From an uncultured Armatimonadia bacterium (GTDB lineage Bacteria; Armatimonadota; Zipacnadia; CAVVLO01): a stretch of DNA of 64,000 bases. Made by a program: the position numbers and the translations under genes. The stretch spans positions 992,001 through 1,056,000 of the forward strand of contig CAVVLO010000002.1 of assembly GCA_963749155.1 (NCBI GenBank), given 5' to 3'. Positions 19,052 through 29,076 of the stretch are shown here, in pieces. The notes beneath the pieces were generated by a model that was not told where the DNA came from, did not search any database, and was given only the letters and a program-made list of their open reading frames with translations. How positions within the stretch are numbered: position 1 is the first letter of the stretch; the number at the start of each line of letters is the position of its first letter.

Positions 19052-20785
19052 GTGAAAAAACTCGCAATCGCAGTAGTAGCGCTAGCGCTGCTCGCGCTCG
19101 TACTTGCCCCCGCGATGGCCAAGGATATGCCCGATGTTCCGTTCACCCACTGGGCCTATGACGCAGTGGACGAACTCACCGACATCGGCATTCTGCAGGG
19201 CTATCCGGACGGCACCTACAAAGGCCAGAGGACTCTTACCCGCTATGAGTTCGCCGAGGCCACAGTCAAGCTCGTGCATTACCTCGAGAACTACGTAGAC
19301 GAAAAGACCGCCGCCCTGGAGGCTGGCGTTGACGCCGCCGAGGCGCGCGCTATCGCCAAGGACGAGGCCGCCAAAGCCGTCGCAGCCATCAAGCTGCCGA
19401 CCTTCGACATGACGATGGATCAGGTTCGGGCCGCCGCTGCCGCCGCTGGCGCGCAGGCTGCCAAAGACGCCCTGGCCGGCATGAGCCCTGGCGTTACCAA
19501 AGCCGAGGTTCAGGCCATGATCGATGGCGCAGTGCGCAACCTCGTGACCAAAGACTACGTTGACAACCTGGCCGCGGAGTTCCGCGCCGATATCCAGGAG
19601 CTTGGCGTAGATGTCGACGATCTGATGTATCGCGTCGACCAGCTCGAAGCCAAGCTTGTTGCCCTCGATGGCCGCGTATACGCCCTCGAGAACAAGCCTG
19701 ACAAGGTCACTGGCAACCTCAAGTGGCGCGTCGGCACCGCCGAAGCCGTCAATGGCATGTATGTCGGCAACTGGGAGCGTTTCAGCAACCTGGAAGTGCG
19801 CGTCAACATCGACGGCAAGATCTCCGACAAGGCCCAGGGCCATATCGGTATCTGGCGTCCGGATGCCACCTATGACTGGGACAACCGCGGCACCCACATC
19901 GACACCGCTTACGTAGATGTCCAGGACGGCCTGTTCAAGGGCGTAGACTGGCGCTTCGGCAAGCAGTACTACAAGACCGGCTGCGGCCTGACCTTCGACA
20001 ACAATACCATCCCCGCAGAGGCCATCAAAGCCAACTTCACGCTGGCTGGTATCGACTTCACCGCTCTGCTGGGCTTCATCGACTCCTCGGCCCCAAGTTG
20101 GTTCAACTCGGGCGACGAGGAAGAGATCCAGGTCTACTCGGCTGCTTACGACTTTGGCCGACTTGGCCTGGTGGGCACGCTACTGCAGCGGGCCGACTTC
20201 TATGGCGACTATGAAGCCGAGCGCTGGGGCATCGCCGCGATGTACGATGGGCTGGATATCCCGTTCTTCGGGCTCCAGGCTGATGTCGCTGGCGAGTATA
20301 CGCAGCTCAAGGACTGGGTCGCGGACAACGCCTGGTACCTCGAAGCCAAGATCGCCGGGGCTGGCTATGAGCCTGGCGACCTGATGCTGAAGGCGACCTT
20401 CTCCGACAACGAGGACATCTGGTACTGGCTGCGCAGTGGCGTCAACTACAACGGCATGGTTATGTACAACGGCCTTGCCTGGGACTGGCTCCTGGACGAC
20501 AACAGCGTAATCGGCACCTACGGCGGCAAGACCTGGAGCGCCGCTCTCTCCAAGGACCTCGGTGGCATGGATGCGTTGCTGCGCTGGGTACGTTTCGACG
20601 ATGGTCAGCCTTTGGATGATAACGGCTATTTCCGGGCCTGGTATAGTGCCGACCTGTGGCAACTCAGCCTGACCAAGGAGATCGCCAAGGGCGTAGACGC
20701 CAAGCTGACTTATGCTCTGCTCGATGACGATTACCTGGATGACAGGTTCGACTACTTCGCTGGCTCCATCGACGTGAGCTTCTAA
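19052..20785 (+). CDS. OmpM/SlpA-like protein, type A copy 3 (intact)
   Basis: 577 aa: signal peptide, SLH, stalk, barrel-like region, terminal Phe. Confidence 0.9.
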   Translation: MKKLAIAVVALALLALVLAPAMAKDMPDVPFTHWAYDAVDELTDIGILQGYPDGTYKGQRTLTRYEFAEATVKLVHYLENYVDEKTAALEAGVDAAEARAIAKDEAAKAVAAIKLPTFDMTMDQVRAAAAAAGAQAAKDALAGMSPGVTKAEVQAMIDGAVRNLVTKDYVDNLAAEFRADIQELGVDVDDLMYRVDQLEAKLVALDGRVYALENKPDKVTGNLKWRVGTAEAVNGMYVGNWERFSNLEVRVNIDGKISDKAQGHIGIWRPDATYDWDNRGTHIDTAYVDVQDGLFKGVDWRFGKQYYKTGCGLTFDNNTIPAEAIKANFTLAGIDFTALLGFIDSSAPSWFNSGDEEEIQVYSAAYDFGRLGLVGTLLQRADFYGDYEAERWGIAAMYDGLDIPFFGLQADVAGEYTQLKDWVADNAWYLEAKIAGAGYEPGDLMLKATFSDNEDIWYWLRSGVNYNGMVMYNGLAWDWLLDDNSVIGTYGGKTWSAALSKDLGGMDALLRWVRFDDGQPLDDNGYFRAWYSADLWQLSLTKEIAKGVDAKLTYALLDDDYLDDRFDYFAGSIDVSF

Positions 20786-20846
20786 CTGGCAAAAGCAACT
20801 GGGGGCGGGGTTCGCCTCGCCCCCACTCCCTAAGGGGGATATACTA

Positions 20847-22578
20847 ATGAAGACACTAGCACTGGCAGTGACCATGTTGTTGATGGTTGCTTTGCTCGTG
20901 CCAGCCGTCGCCAAGGATATGCCAGACGTGCCCTTCGGTCACTGGGCCTACGACGCGGTGGACGAACTCACCGATCTGGGCGTAGTCGAAGGTTATCCGG
21001 ATGGCACTTTCAAAGGCGACCGGACCTGGACGCGCTATGAATTCGCGGTAATGCTCACGCGGATGATCGACTTCCTGGAGGACTACCTCGATTCGAAGGT
21101 AGCCGGGATGGATATGGGCATCACCGAGTCGGCGGCTCGCGCCATCGCTCGGGAAGAGGCCCAGAAAGCTGCCGCGGGCGTGCAACTGCCTGACGTCGCG
21201 GCTTTCATGAACCAGGTTAACAGCACCGCCACCTCGGCTGGAGCAGCAGCGGCTCGCGAAGCGCTTGCGGGCTACAAGCCAGGCATCTCGAAGGCCGAGG
21301 CGCAGGCAATGATCGACGCCGCGGTCAAGAACTTCGTGGACAAGGGCGCCCTCGATGCGATGGCGCAGGAGTTCCGCGGCGAGCTTGCGATGCTGGGCGC
21401 CGACGTGGACGACCTGATGTACAGGGTCGACGCGCTGGAGACCAAGTTCGCGGCCCTCGAAGCGCGGGTAACCGCCCTCGAGAACAAGCCCGACAAAGTC
21501 ACTGGCGTAATCGAGTGGAAAGCTGGTACCGCCAATGATGGCAGCAGCTGGAATCGCTTCAGCAACCTTGACTTGAAGGTAAACATCGATGGCAAAATAA
21601 GTGACAAGGCCCAGGGCCATGTCACCCTGTGGCGTCCGGATGCCACCTACGACTGGGACGAGCGCGGCACTCACATCGACACCGCTTACGTAGACGTCCA
21701 GGATGGCCTGTTCAAGGGCTTCGACTGGCGTTTGGGCAAGCAGTATTACAAGACCGGCTGCGGTCTGACCTTCGATAACGATGTCATGCCCGCCGAAGCT
21801 GTCAAGCTCAACTTCGACCTGCTTGGCGCCGATGCGACCGTGTTCTGGGGTACCAGCGATTACGCCGATAGCTGGTTTGGCTATGACGATGAGATGGTCA
21901 CCCTGCTTTACAACCTCAAGAAGCAGTTCGGCCATCTGACCCTGGATGGCACTTTCGTCGATCGCAACCTGTGGGAAGATGAGCAGCGTTGGGGCATCGC
22001 CGCAATGTATGAGGGGCTGGACGTGCCGTTCTTCGGCCTGAAGGCTGACCTCGAGGGCGAGTATACCCAATATGACAAGCCCTGGACTTCCTACAACTCC
22101 TACTACACTGGAGCCACGTTGAAGGGCAAGAACTATGAGCCGGGCGACTTGAAGCTCAAGCTGACCTTCGCAGACAATCCCTACTATGACGAGTACTGGC
22201 CTTACCAGAACGGCTTCATCACCTATGATGGATTTGTCTGGTACAGCAACCTGGCCTGGGACTTCCTTCTTGTCGGATGCCCCGAACCTGGGCGTGCCCT
22301 ACGGGAAGACCTGGAGCGCTACTCTGACCAAGGATCTGGGCTGCGTGGACGCGCTGCTGCGCTGGCGCAAATATGTACCCGACAATGCGGCCGGGTACAT
22401 CTACCTGGATTCCTGGGGCTACTCTTACCTTTACAACCAGGGCGACCTGTGGCAGCTCAGCCTCACCAAGGAGCTTGCAGAGGGCGTAGACGCCAAGCTG
22501 ACTTATGCTCAGCTCAATGACAACTATTACGATGAGACCTACAAGTACTTTGGTGGCAGCATCAACGTAGGCTTCTAA
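20847..22578 (+). CDS. OmpM/SlpA-like protein, type B copy 3 with A-like barrel (+1 frameshift at ~22270)
   Basis: ORF 20847 joined to the 22186-22578 frame gives ...WDFLLSDAP...INVGF. Confidence 0.85.
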
Positions 22579-22601
22579 TCAACCAACTGAACCAAACGAC
22601 C

Positions 22602-22632
22602 AAACCCGGGGCTACGGCCCCGGGTTTTTTTT
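22602..22632 (+). terminator. intrinsic terminator of unit 3, possibly bidirectional
   Basis: AAACCCGGGGC-TACG-GCCCCGGGTTT with T8 run; lies between convergent genes. Confidence 0.88.
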
Positions 22633-22649
22633 GCGTTAAGAAGAAGAGT

Positions 22650-23228
22650 TCAGTCTAAGTGAGTCAGCCCGTGGAAATATGTTGTCAGAGTATGTTTCAA
22701 CTCTTCATCATAATCACGTGGGGTATCGGCATCTACTAGCGCCTGGGTATATATGCCACTGATGATGCCAAGCACAGCCAGAGTATCCAGATAAGGCCGC
22801 CTGGAAGCAGTCAGATGCTGCTTCATAAGTGCGACCAAGGAAGCCAGAAGCTCTACCACAACAGGGGGCACAGGTTCGGCGACTGGCGCAAGCTCGCGGA
22901 AGAGCAAGGTAAAGAAAGTGGGACGTTTGCCTATCTGCCGACCCAGTTCCAGGGCGAAAGCCAGCCCGCCATCATCACTGGAAGCTTCCTCAGAAAAGGC
23001 CTCCAGCTCCGCCTGAACCTTGCCAAACTTGCGCCTCAGGCACAGTTCGTAAAGCTGTTCCTTGTTGCCAACATAGTAGTAGAGCATCGCCTTGTTGACG
23101 CCAGCGGTTTCGGCGATCTCCTCCAGGGTGGCCGCGTGGAAGCCTTCGCGAGCGAATACCTGTAGCGCCGCCTTGATTACGGTGTCAACGCGGGCTTCTC
23201 TCTGTTCAATTCGACACTGCTTCATCAA
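22650..23228 (-). CDS. TetR/AcrR family transcriptional regulator
   Basis: AALQVFAREGFHAATLEEIAETAGVNKAMLYYY HTH. Confidence 0.93.
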   Translation of the reverse strand: MMKQCRIEQREARVDTVIKAALQVFAREGFHAATLEEIAETAGVNKAMLYYYVGNKEQLYELCLRRKFGKVQAELEAFSEEASSDDGGLAFALELGRQIGKRPTFFTLLFRELAPVAEPVPPVVVELLASLVALMKQHLTASRRPYLDTLAVLGIISGIYTQALVDADTPRDYDEELKHTLTTYFHGLTHLD

Positions 23229-25099
23229 AGGCCAGCTCCTGCAGTCGTAGAAGCTTCGTCCTTGAGAGCGCGCGAGGCAAGCTCTTCAACGTCGATATTG
23301 AGGCTCTGGAGTTTCCACATCCGCGCGAAGACACCCCCCAGGGCAACTAGCTCTCCGGGAGTGCCGGCCTCGACTACCTTCCCTTTGTCCAGCACTACTA
23401 TCTGATCGGCATCGGCGATTGTAGAAAGCCGATGGGCGATTATGACGCTGGTGCGGCCCGTCATAAGGCGCTTCAAGGCATCGTGGACTTCCTTCTCGGC
23501 CTCAGTGTGCAGACTGGCAGTTGCTTCGTCCATCACAAGCAGCTCGGGATTACGCAAGATAGCCCGGGCAATAGCGATTCGCTGGCGCTGGCCACCTGAC
23601 AAACGCACGCCGCGCTCTCCGACGATGGTGTCCATCCCCTCGGGCAGTTCGGTGATAAAGCCAAGCGCCGCTGCGTCTTTACAGGCCTGAACAAGCTCTT
23701 CCTCCGTCGCCTCAGGTTGGGCCAGTAACAGATTTTCGCGGATGCTCATCCCAAAAAGGAAGCTCTCCTGCGGGATGTAAGTCACCCGGTCGCGGACCGA
23801 TTCGAGATCGAGTTCCGTAAACTTGCGGCCGGAGATGGCCAAATCACCCTTCTGCGGATCATAGAATCGGCACAGCAGCTTGGCGATAGTGCTCTTGCCC
23901 GCCCCTGAGGCGCCTACCAGCGCCGTTGTCTTGCCTGTCGGCAGGGCGAAGGAGGCATCCTCCAACACCCACTGCTCGTCTTCGTAGGCGAACCAGACAT
24001 GCCGCAGCTCGACATCGGCAGCCACCGTGGACAGCGAATGTTCGCCGGTGGGCTCGCGCATCTCGGGGGTAGCATCAATTATCTCGAATATCCGGTCTAC
24101 GCCCGCCAGTGTCTGCCGGTATTGGGTATAAAGGCGCGTCATCCAGCCGATTGGGCCGACTATCATCTGGACGTACATCGTGAAGGCAATTACCGAGCCT
24201 GCGGAGATATAGCCCTTGATGGCGCGGTAACCGCCAATACCGAGTACCAGCAGGTTGGGCAGCCCCATAACGAACTGCATAAGGCCGCCGAACAGCGCGC
24301 CCACCTTCACAGTCTCCATCGTGCGGTCGACAACCTCGCGGTTGTCCTTGTCGAAGCGGTCCTGCGCATACGCGGCAAGGTTGTAGCTCTTCACGACAGC
24401 CATACCCGAGAGCGTTTCCTGGACGAAGCTGGTGAGCACGGAGAGCTGCTCCTGCACCATCCGGCTGACCTCCTGCAGTCTGGGACCGAAGATGCGACCC
24501 AACCCAAGCACGGGCGGTATGACGAAGAGCAGCACGACGGTCATCGTGGGATCTTTATAAAGGATGTATCCCAGCGCGTAGAGCAGTCGTATGGGTTGCT
24601 GAATCAGTCCCATCAGCTGCCCACCAAGCAGGCCCTGCACCAGGCCTGTGTCGTTAGCCAGTCGCGAGAGCATATCGCCCGACATCGTCTTCTCATAATA
24701 ACGCATCGACAGGCCCAGACCGTGGTCATAAAGCTCCTTACGCAGATCGGCGGTTGCATGCTGGCCGAGGTAGCCGAGGAGTATGCCCTGGAAATAGCCG
24801 TTGATGGCACCTGCTATCGCAAGCACGAAAAGGCCAGCGACGACGCTCATCAGATGATGGACGTCTCCTTGCTTGCCCATCCCATCGAGGATACGGCCGA
24901 CGACGTCAGGCATGGCCAACTCGGCGGCAAGGCCCATCAACATAAAGGCGGCACCGGTGGCCGCATAAGCCCAGTAGGGTTTGACGTAACGCATCAACCG
25001 CTTGATGGGCTGCTTGGTGACGAACTTGTGCTCTTCGACGGGTCCACCGAGTCCGCGTCGGGCGTAGAAGCGAGCACCATGCGAGTGCATCATGTGCAT
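23225..25099 (-). CDS. ABC exporter, fused permease/ATP-binding subunit
   Basis: N-terminal TM domain; GASGAGKS, LSGGQRQRIAIAR, VMDEAT, IIAHRLST. Confidence 0.95.
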   Translation of the reverse strand: MHMMHSHGARFYARRGLGGPVEEHKFVTKQPIKRLMRYVKPYWAYAATGAAFMLMGLAAELAMPDVVGRILDGMGKQGDVHHLMSVVAGLFVLAIAGAINGYFQGILLGYLGQHATADLRKELYDHGLGLSMRYYEKTMSGDMLSRLANDTGLVQGLLGGQLMGLIQQPIRLLYALGYILYKDPTMTVVLLFVIPPVLGLGRIFGPRLQEVSRMVQEQLSVLTSFVQETLSGMAVVKSYNLAAYAQDRFDKDNREVVDRTMETVKVGALFGGLMQFVMGLPNLLVLGIGGYRAIKGYISAGSVIAFTMYVQMIVGPIGWMTRLYTQYRQTLAGVDRIFEIIDATPEMREPTGEHSLSTVAADVELRHVWFAYEDEQWVLEDASFALPTGKTTALVGASGAGKSTIAKLLCRFYDPQKGDLAISGRKFTELDLESVRDRVTYIPQESFLFGMSIRENLLLAQPEATEEELVQACKDAAALGFITELPEGMDTIVGERGVRLSGGQRQRIAIARAILRNPELLVMDEATASLHTEAEKEVHDALKRLMTGRTSVIIAHRLSTIADADQIVVLDKGKVVEAGTPGELVALGGVFARMWKLQSLNIDVEELASRALKDEASTTAGAGL

Positions 25100-25128
25100 A
25101 CTTGGGTTCTCCCGAAACTAGTACTGCA

Positions 25129-25181
25129 TAAAGTTAACTAACCAGTCGGTTAACTTTACGCCGGGGTCCGGAAGCTGTCAA
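25129..25181 (-). promoter_or_regulatory. promoter TTGACA-N17-TAAAGT overlapped by a palindromic operator (probable TetR site)
   Basis: -35 at 25181-25176, -10 at 25158-25153; inverted repeat TAAAGTTAAC-N10-GTTAACTTTA at 25129-25158. Confidence 0.75.
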
Positions 25182-25190
25182 GTCAGGAGT

Positions 25191-27278
25191 TCAATCGCCA
25201 AGCAGGTCGCGCCGTAAAGCCTTAACTCGGCCAGCAAAATAGGCTGGGGCGTCGGCTTCCAAAGGGAAACAGAACAGCCAGGGGCCGGGAGTTGAATAAC
25301 TCTGCCCTGGTTCGAGGAGTGCATTGGGAGGATGGCGCAGTTCAAGCAAAACCGGCTGCCCTGCACCGCCAGAGGACCAGTATTCAAAGTCGCGCGGGTC
25401 GAGGAAACTGACCCCGAGGCCGACGCCCGCCTGGCGGTCAAAAGCCCATATACCAGGGCGGTAGAAGGGGATCCACATATGGCGGAAGGGACCAGGCTCA
25501 TCGCCTGCTGAATCTCCCCCCACTTTGCTTTCAAGCCGCCACTGGGTTTCTGCCAGGCGCCAGGGGCGAGAGGAAACCGAAGTCACCTCTAGGCAGTCTT
25601 ACAGCACACCAGCCTTCCGGGCCGGTCGGAACCACGACCTCGGCGCGCGCGGAGAAAGCAAGGTCACCCTCGGCGATAAGCTCGAGTTCCAGTCGGGTAA
25701 TCCGGTCAGTGTGGGTAGCCGTCAGGATTTTGGTAGAAGAAGCGGTCGTCCAGCGATATCCCCCCGCGTGCTGGAGCAGTCGCAGCTCTAGTGCGCCAAG
25801 CGAGCTATTGCCGAGGGCAAAACCTGGCCTGCCCAGCTCATCCAGTCTGGTAGTAAGGAGGCCAGTCGTCAATTGCTCTGGCAGGGGACAGGCAACTCCG
25901 ACCTCGGTCATCCAGTCTGGCAGTTTTTTGGGGCTTGCGGTCGCCGGTGGAGTAGCCGCCAGATGGAGCCGGTCTACTTCCTGATTTGCCTTGGCAAGGG
26001 CCTCTGTTAAGTCAGGATACGGTTCGTCACGCTCATTCACCAGGCCGTAGTTGGTGTTTTCAGGATGGTGAGCCGCAAGCCCCAGGGCGGGCTCGTCTAC
26101 CCACATAAAGTAGCTGCTGCCAACAACATAAGGCAGACTTGCCAGCGCCTTGAGATAAGTAGCAGAAGCCGCAGCCCGCTGGGCCTGGGTCTCCACGCGC
26201 AGGCCGGCGCCTGTTGTGCAGGGCAGGCCGCTGTCCAGCGCGGGGAAGCTCCACTCGCTAATCAACAGAGGTTTACCTGAGAGCCTGTGCCACTGTTCCA
26301 GTTGGGTAATCTGCCAGTCAGGTAGCTCACCTTCAGGCTCAAAACGGGGATAGAGATTTACACTTATCACATCACAATATTTGCCGGCGATCTCCCAGAC
26401 AGGCTCTGGGGCATCTCCAGCAAAACGCACCCCGAGCAGCAGGTGATTTGGGTCATACCGCTTAACTGCCGCGGTGACCACACTGAAATAGCGCTCCGCA
26501 ACCAGGCGCAGCCAGTCATCGCACAAAGCAACCGCCGCATCAGTCATCGGCGGAGAGGGCTGGGCGCTTTGGGCAATCTGCTCCCAGGAGAAGCCAGGCG
26601 CTCCAAAATCTGCACAAAAGGCTTCACTAGAGGGGTAGCGCGATTTTAGAAAATCCAGCCAGGCCTGTTTGGCAGGGTCGTCAACCGGTTTGCGCCAGGC
26701 CTCTTCAAACAACCCCCAGGGCCGTCCAATGCGTCCCCACCAGGCCAGTTCGTTGTCCAGATAATAACCAATCAGGCCAGGCTCACTCGCGCGCTGGGCG
26801 CAGTAGGCAGCGGCTCGCTCCACGCAGCTGGCTTCCCAGTCGGGATGAAAGACATTAGGGAAAGCCGCGTAGACAGTAGGTGAGACAGTTGGGAGGCCCT
26901 CTTTGGAGGCGAACCAGTAACCAAGAGGGAGCAGCTCAATACTCGGCAGGCCAGCCTCGCCTTTGAGTTCGGCATTAGAGAGTTCGCCGACCGCATCGAA
27001 GCCCCAGGCCGCCAGACGTTCTCTGGTCACCCTGGCCCAGGCTTCTGGGGACCGCCATACTTCGCCTCGACCCATCGTTCATAGGGTGAATAACCTAGCC
27101 GTTCGCAGAAATGACCTGAATAGCGAACCTGACTCACGGCCGAGAGGAAGCTTGCTTCTCCCGAGGGAGCTACCAACCACCAGATGCCAGCGCGCTGCTC
27201 CAGGCCATAAAAGCCTGGGGCTGCCCAGGCTAGCGACGACAGAAGCGTAATTAGCAATATCAGGCCAGTTCGTATCAC
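25191..27278 (-). CDS. secreted GH50/beta-agarase-like glycoside hydrolase (+1 frameshifts at ~27048 and ~25592)
   Basis: signal peptide; GIWWLVAPSG; RLAAWGF; IGYYLDNEL; DPNHLLLGVRF; GKPLLISEWSF; ENTNYGLV; three ORF pieces join by single-base removal. Confidence 0.7.
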
Positions 27279-27298
27279 GTATCCAGGTTCGCCCCGCC

Positions 27299-27334
27299 AA
27301 AAGAAAGCCCTGCCCTCAAAGAGAGGACAGGGCT
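27299..27334 (-). terminator. probable intrinsic terminator
   Basis: hairpin AGCCCTG.CCTC/GAGG.CAGGGCT followed on the minus strand by TTCTTTT. Confidence 0.6.
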
Positions 27335-27358
27335 AGCAAGCCAAGGTTGGTGTTCAAG

Positions 27359-28183
27359 CTATTCGGTAAGACCAGCGGCCTTGAGCAGCTTGGTGACGGC
27401 GAAAGTGCGTTCTTCGGTGAAGAAGCCACGACTGAAGCTGCCGTCGCGCTTCTGAGCCCTCTCGAGGAAGGTATTGTCCGTGTTAACCAACCTGCGCGCA
27501 GGGGCGCCAGGCCACTCGGACAGGCAGTAATACATATACCAGGGTTTCATGGTGCCTTTCCAGGCGCCGGGTTTGCGCTGGGTAGCAAGCAACTTGGAAA
27601 GCCCCTCCGCGATGAAGGGTCCCTGGGAAAGCTTCTGATTGGCCGCTATGGCGAAATAGGCGGTAGAAAGCGTCAGGCTGCACATCCAGGAAGGTGGCCT
27701 GGTCAGCAGCTCGAACAGCCTGTCGTCCACAGTTGCGAACTGCTCCCCATCGCCACTAAGCAGCCAAAGGGCGCGCATACCGAGTATACCAAGCTGGAAC
27801 TCGATGCTGCCTGTCGCGCCTGGAGGCTGCCCTGTATACAGTTTGGGATCGTTTTTCAGTTCTCTGTCACTAGGCACTGGCAAGCCAGGCACAACAGCGG
27901 CATCAGAGCACTGGGAAAGCAACCAGGCAAAGGCTCTGCCGAGGCGCTCGTGGTCACGCTCAACGCCAAGCCAGAGCAATTGATCTATGGCATGAGCAGT
28001 CTGCACGAGAGATTCGTTCCAGTGGCCGTGGTGACTTTGTTTCGCAAAGAGCACTTGCTTGTGTTCTTCCACTGCTCTTTGGTCTTTGGGACTGGTAAGG
28101 TCAAGGAGAACAACGCGCGCGATAACAGCGTTCACCGTGCGGCGACCTTGCCAGTACTGCCGAAGCAGATCGAGGTCGACCAT
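27359..28183 (-). CDS. hypothetical protein with prenyltransferase/squalene-cyclase-like Q-x-x-x-G-x-W/F repeats
   Basis: QSHHGHW, QRKPGAW, QKRDGSF. Confidence 0.45.
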   Translation of the reverse strand: MVDLDLLRQYWQGRRTVNAVIARVVLLDLTSPKDQRAVEEHKQVLFAKQSHHGHWNESLVQTAHAIDQLLWLGVERDHERLGRAFAWLLSQCSDAAVVPGLPVPSDRELKNDPKLYTGQPPGATGSIEFQLGILGMRALWLLSGDGEQFATVDDRLFELLTRPPSWMCSLTLSTAYFAIAANQKLSQGPFIAEGLSKLLATQRKPGAWKGTMKPWYMYYCLSEWPGAPARRLVNTDNTFLERAQKRDGSFSRGFFTEERTFAVTKLLKAAGLTE

Positions 28184-28375
28184 TTTTTAACCACCACGTT
28201 TCCGGATCTAGTCCGAAGTGATGTACCCAGTCAAGTAATCCGGCCCAAAAGACTGGCGTAAGTCCTATTGTTGACCATTCTAACCTGTAAATCCCCAAGT
28301 GGCAAGTGATACCGACAACTTCAGCTAGATTTTAGCTTGTACTTGTGAAATTTAAGCTTTTCGAGGGATGACCTT

Positions 28376-29071
28376 CTAGAGCAGGTCACGAGATGTAACG
28401 CGATATGCACAAAGTGTCCACAGAGCTACAACACCATCCCACCAACGTATCTTTTTGCCCTCCTTGGTGGTCCTTGCCTTGTAACGAATTGGTAACTCCA
28501 GTATCCGGTGCCCTAAACGACGTGATTTTGCTGTTACTTCGGGGCAGAACTCGAACCGCTCACAGCGGAGCCTCATCGACGCCAGCACATCCCGGTGGAA
28601 GACTTTATAAGCGGTGGCTTCATCTGTCAGGCGTTGGCCATAAAGGAGGCTGGCGGTCCAGGAGAGCAACTGGTTGGCCAGCCAGTGATGAGGTTGCATG
28701 CGCTCGATCCGGCCCAGGAAGCGCGACCCGTAAACCACCGTGGCCTTGCCCTGCTCGATGGGTTCTACCAGGCGTGGCAGGTCTTCAGGCTCATATTCGA
28801 GGTCAGCGTCCTGCACTGCAATTATCTCGCCGGTTGCAATCGCTAGAGCTTTCCGGATTGCTCGACCTTTTCCGCCTGGCGCCGAGTTGTGCAGCACCTT
28901 GAGCTGGGGCAGAATCTGCTGATATTCGGCAAGTATCTGGGCTGTAGCGTCAGTAGAGCCATCATTTACAACGATAATCTCCATATCCAGTGGCAAAGCT
29001 CCAACCCGATCAAGCACCTCGGGCAAGGTAGCCTCCTCGTTCATCGCCGGGATGAGGACGGAGATTTTCAC
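28376..29071 (-). CDS. GT2 glycosyltransferase (DPM1-like)
   Basis: SVLIPAMNE, VNDGSTD, QDADLEY, VYGSRF, FEFCPEVTAK. Confidence 0.9.
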   Translation of the reverse strand: MKISVLIPAMNEEATLPEVLDRVGALPLDMEIIVVNDGSTDATAQILAEYQQILPQLKVLHNSAPGGKGRAIRKALAIATGEIIAVQDADLEYEPEDLPRLVEPIEQGKATVVYGSRFLGRIERMQPHHWLANQLLSWTASLLYGQRLTDEATAYKVFHRDVLASMRLRCERFEFCPEVTAKSRRLGHRILELPIRYKARTTKEGKKIRWWDGVVALWTLCAYRVTSRDLL

Positions 29072-29076
29072 TTGAC

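Noticed and set aside
11292..22070. Long antisense ORFs over the OmpM genes (e.g. 15212-16870, 20856-22070), and similar ones over gap, pgk and the ABC gene
   Set aside because: Shadow frames caused by strong codon bias on the coding strand; no RBS or recognisable motifs
11256..22578. Diversity-generating retroelement acting on the OmpM genes
   Set aside because: No reverse transcriptase or template repeat in the window; differences include indels and are not adenine-specific
11256..22578. Shufflon or invertible cassette system
   Set aside because: All copies are direct, full-length and promoter-linked; no site-specific recombinase or inverted crossover sites seen
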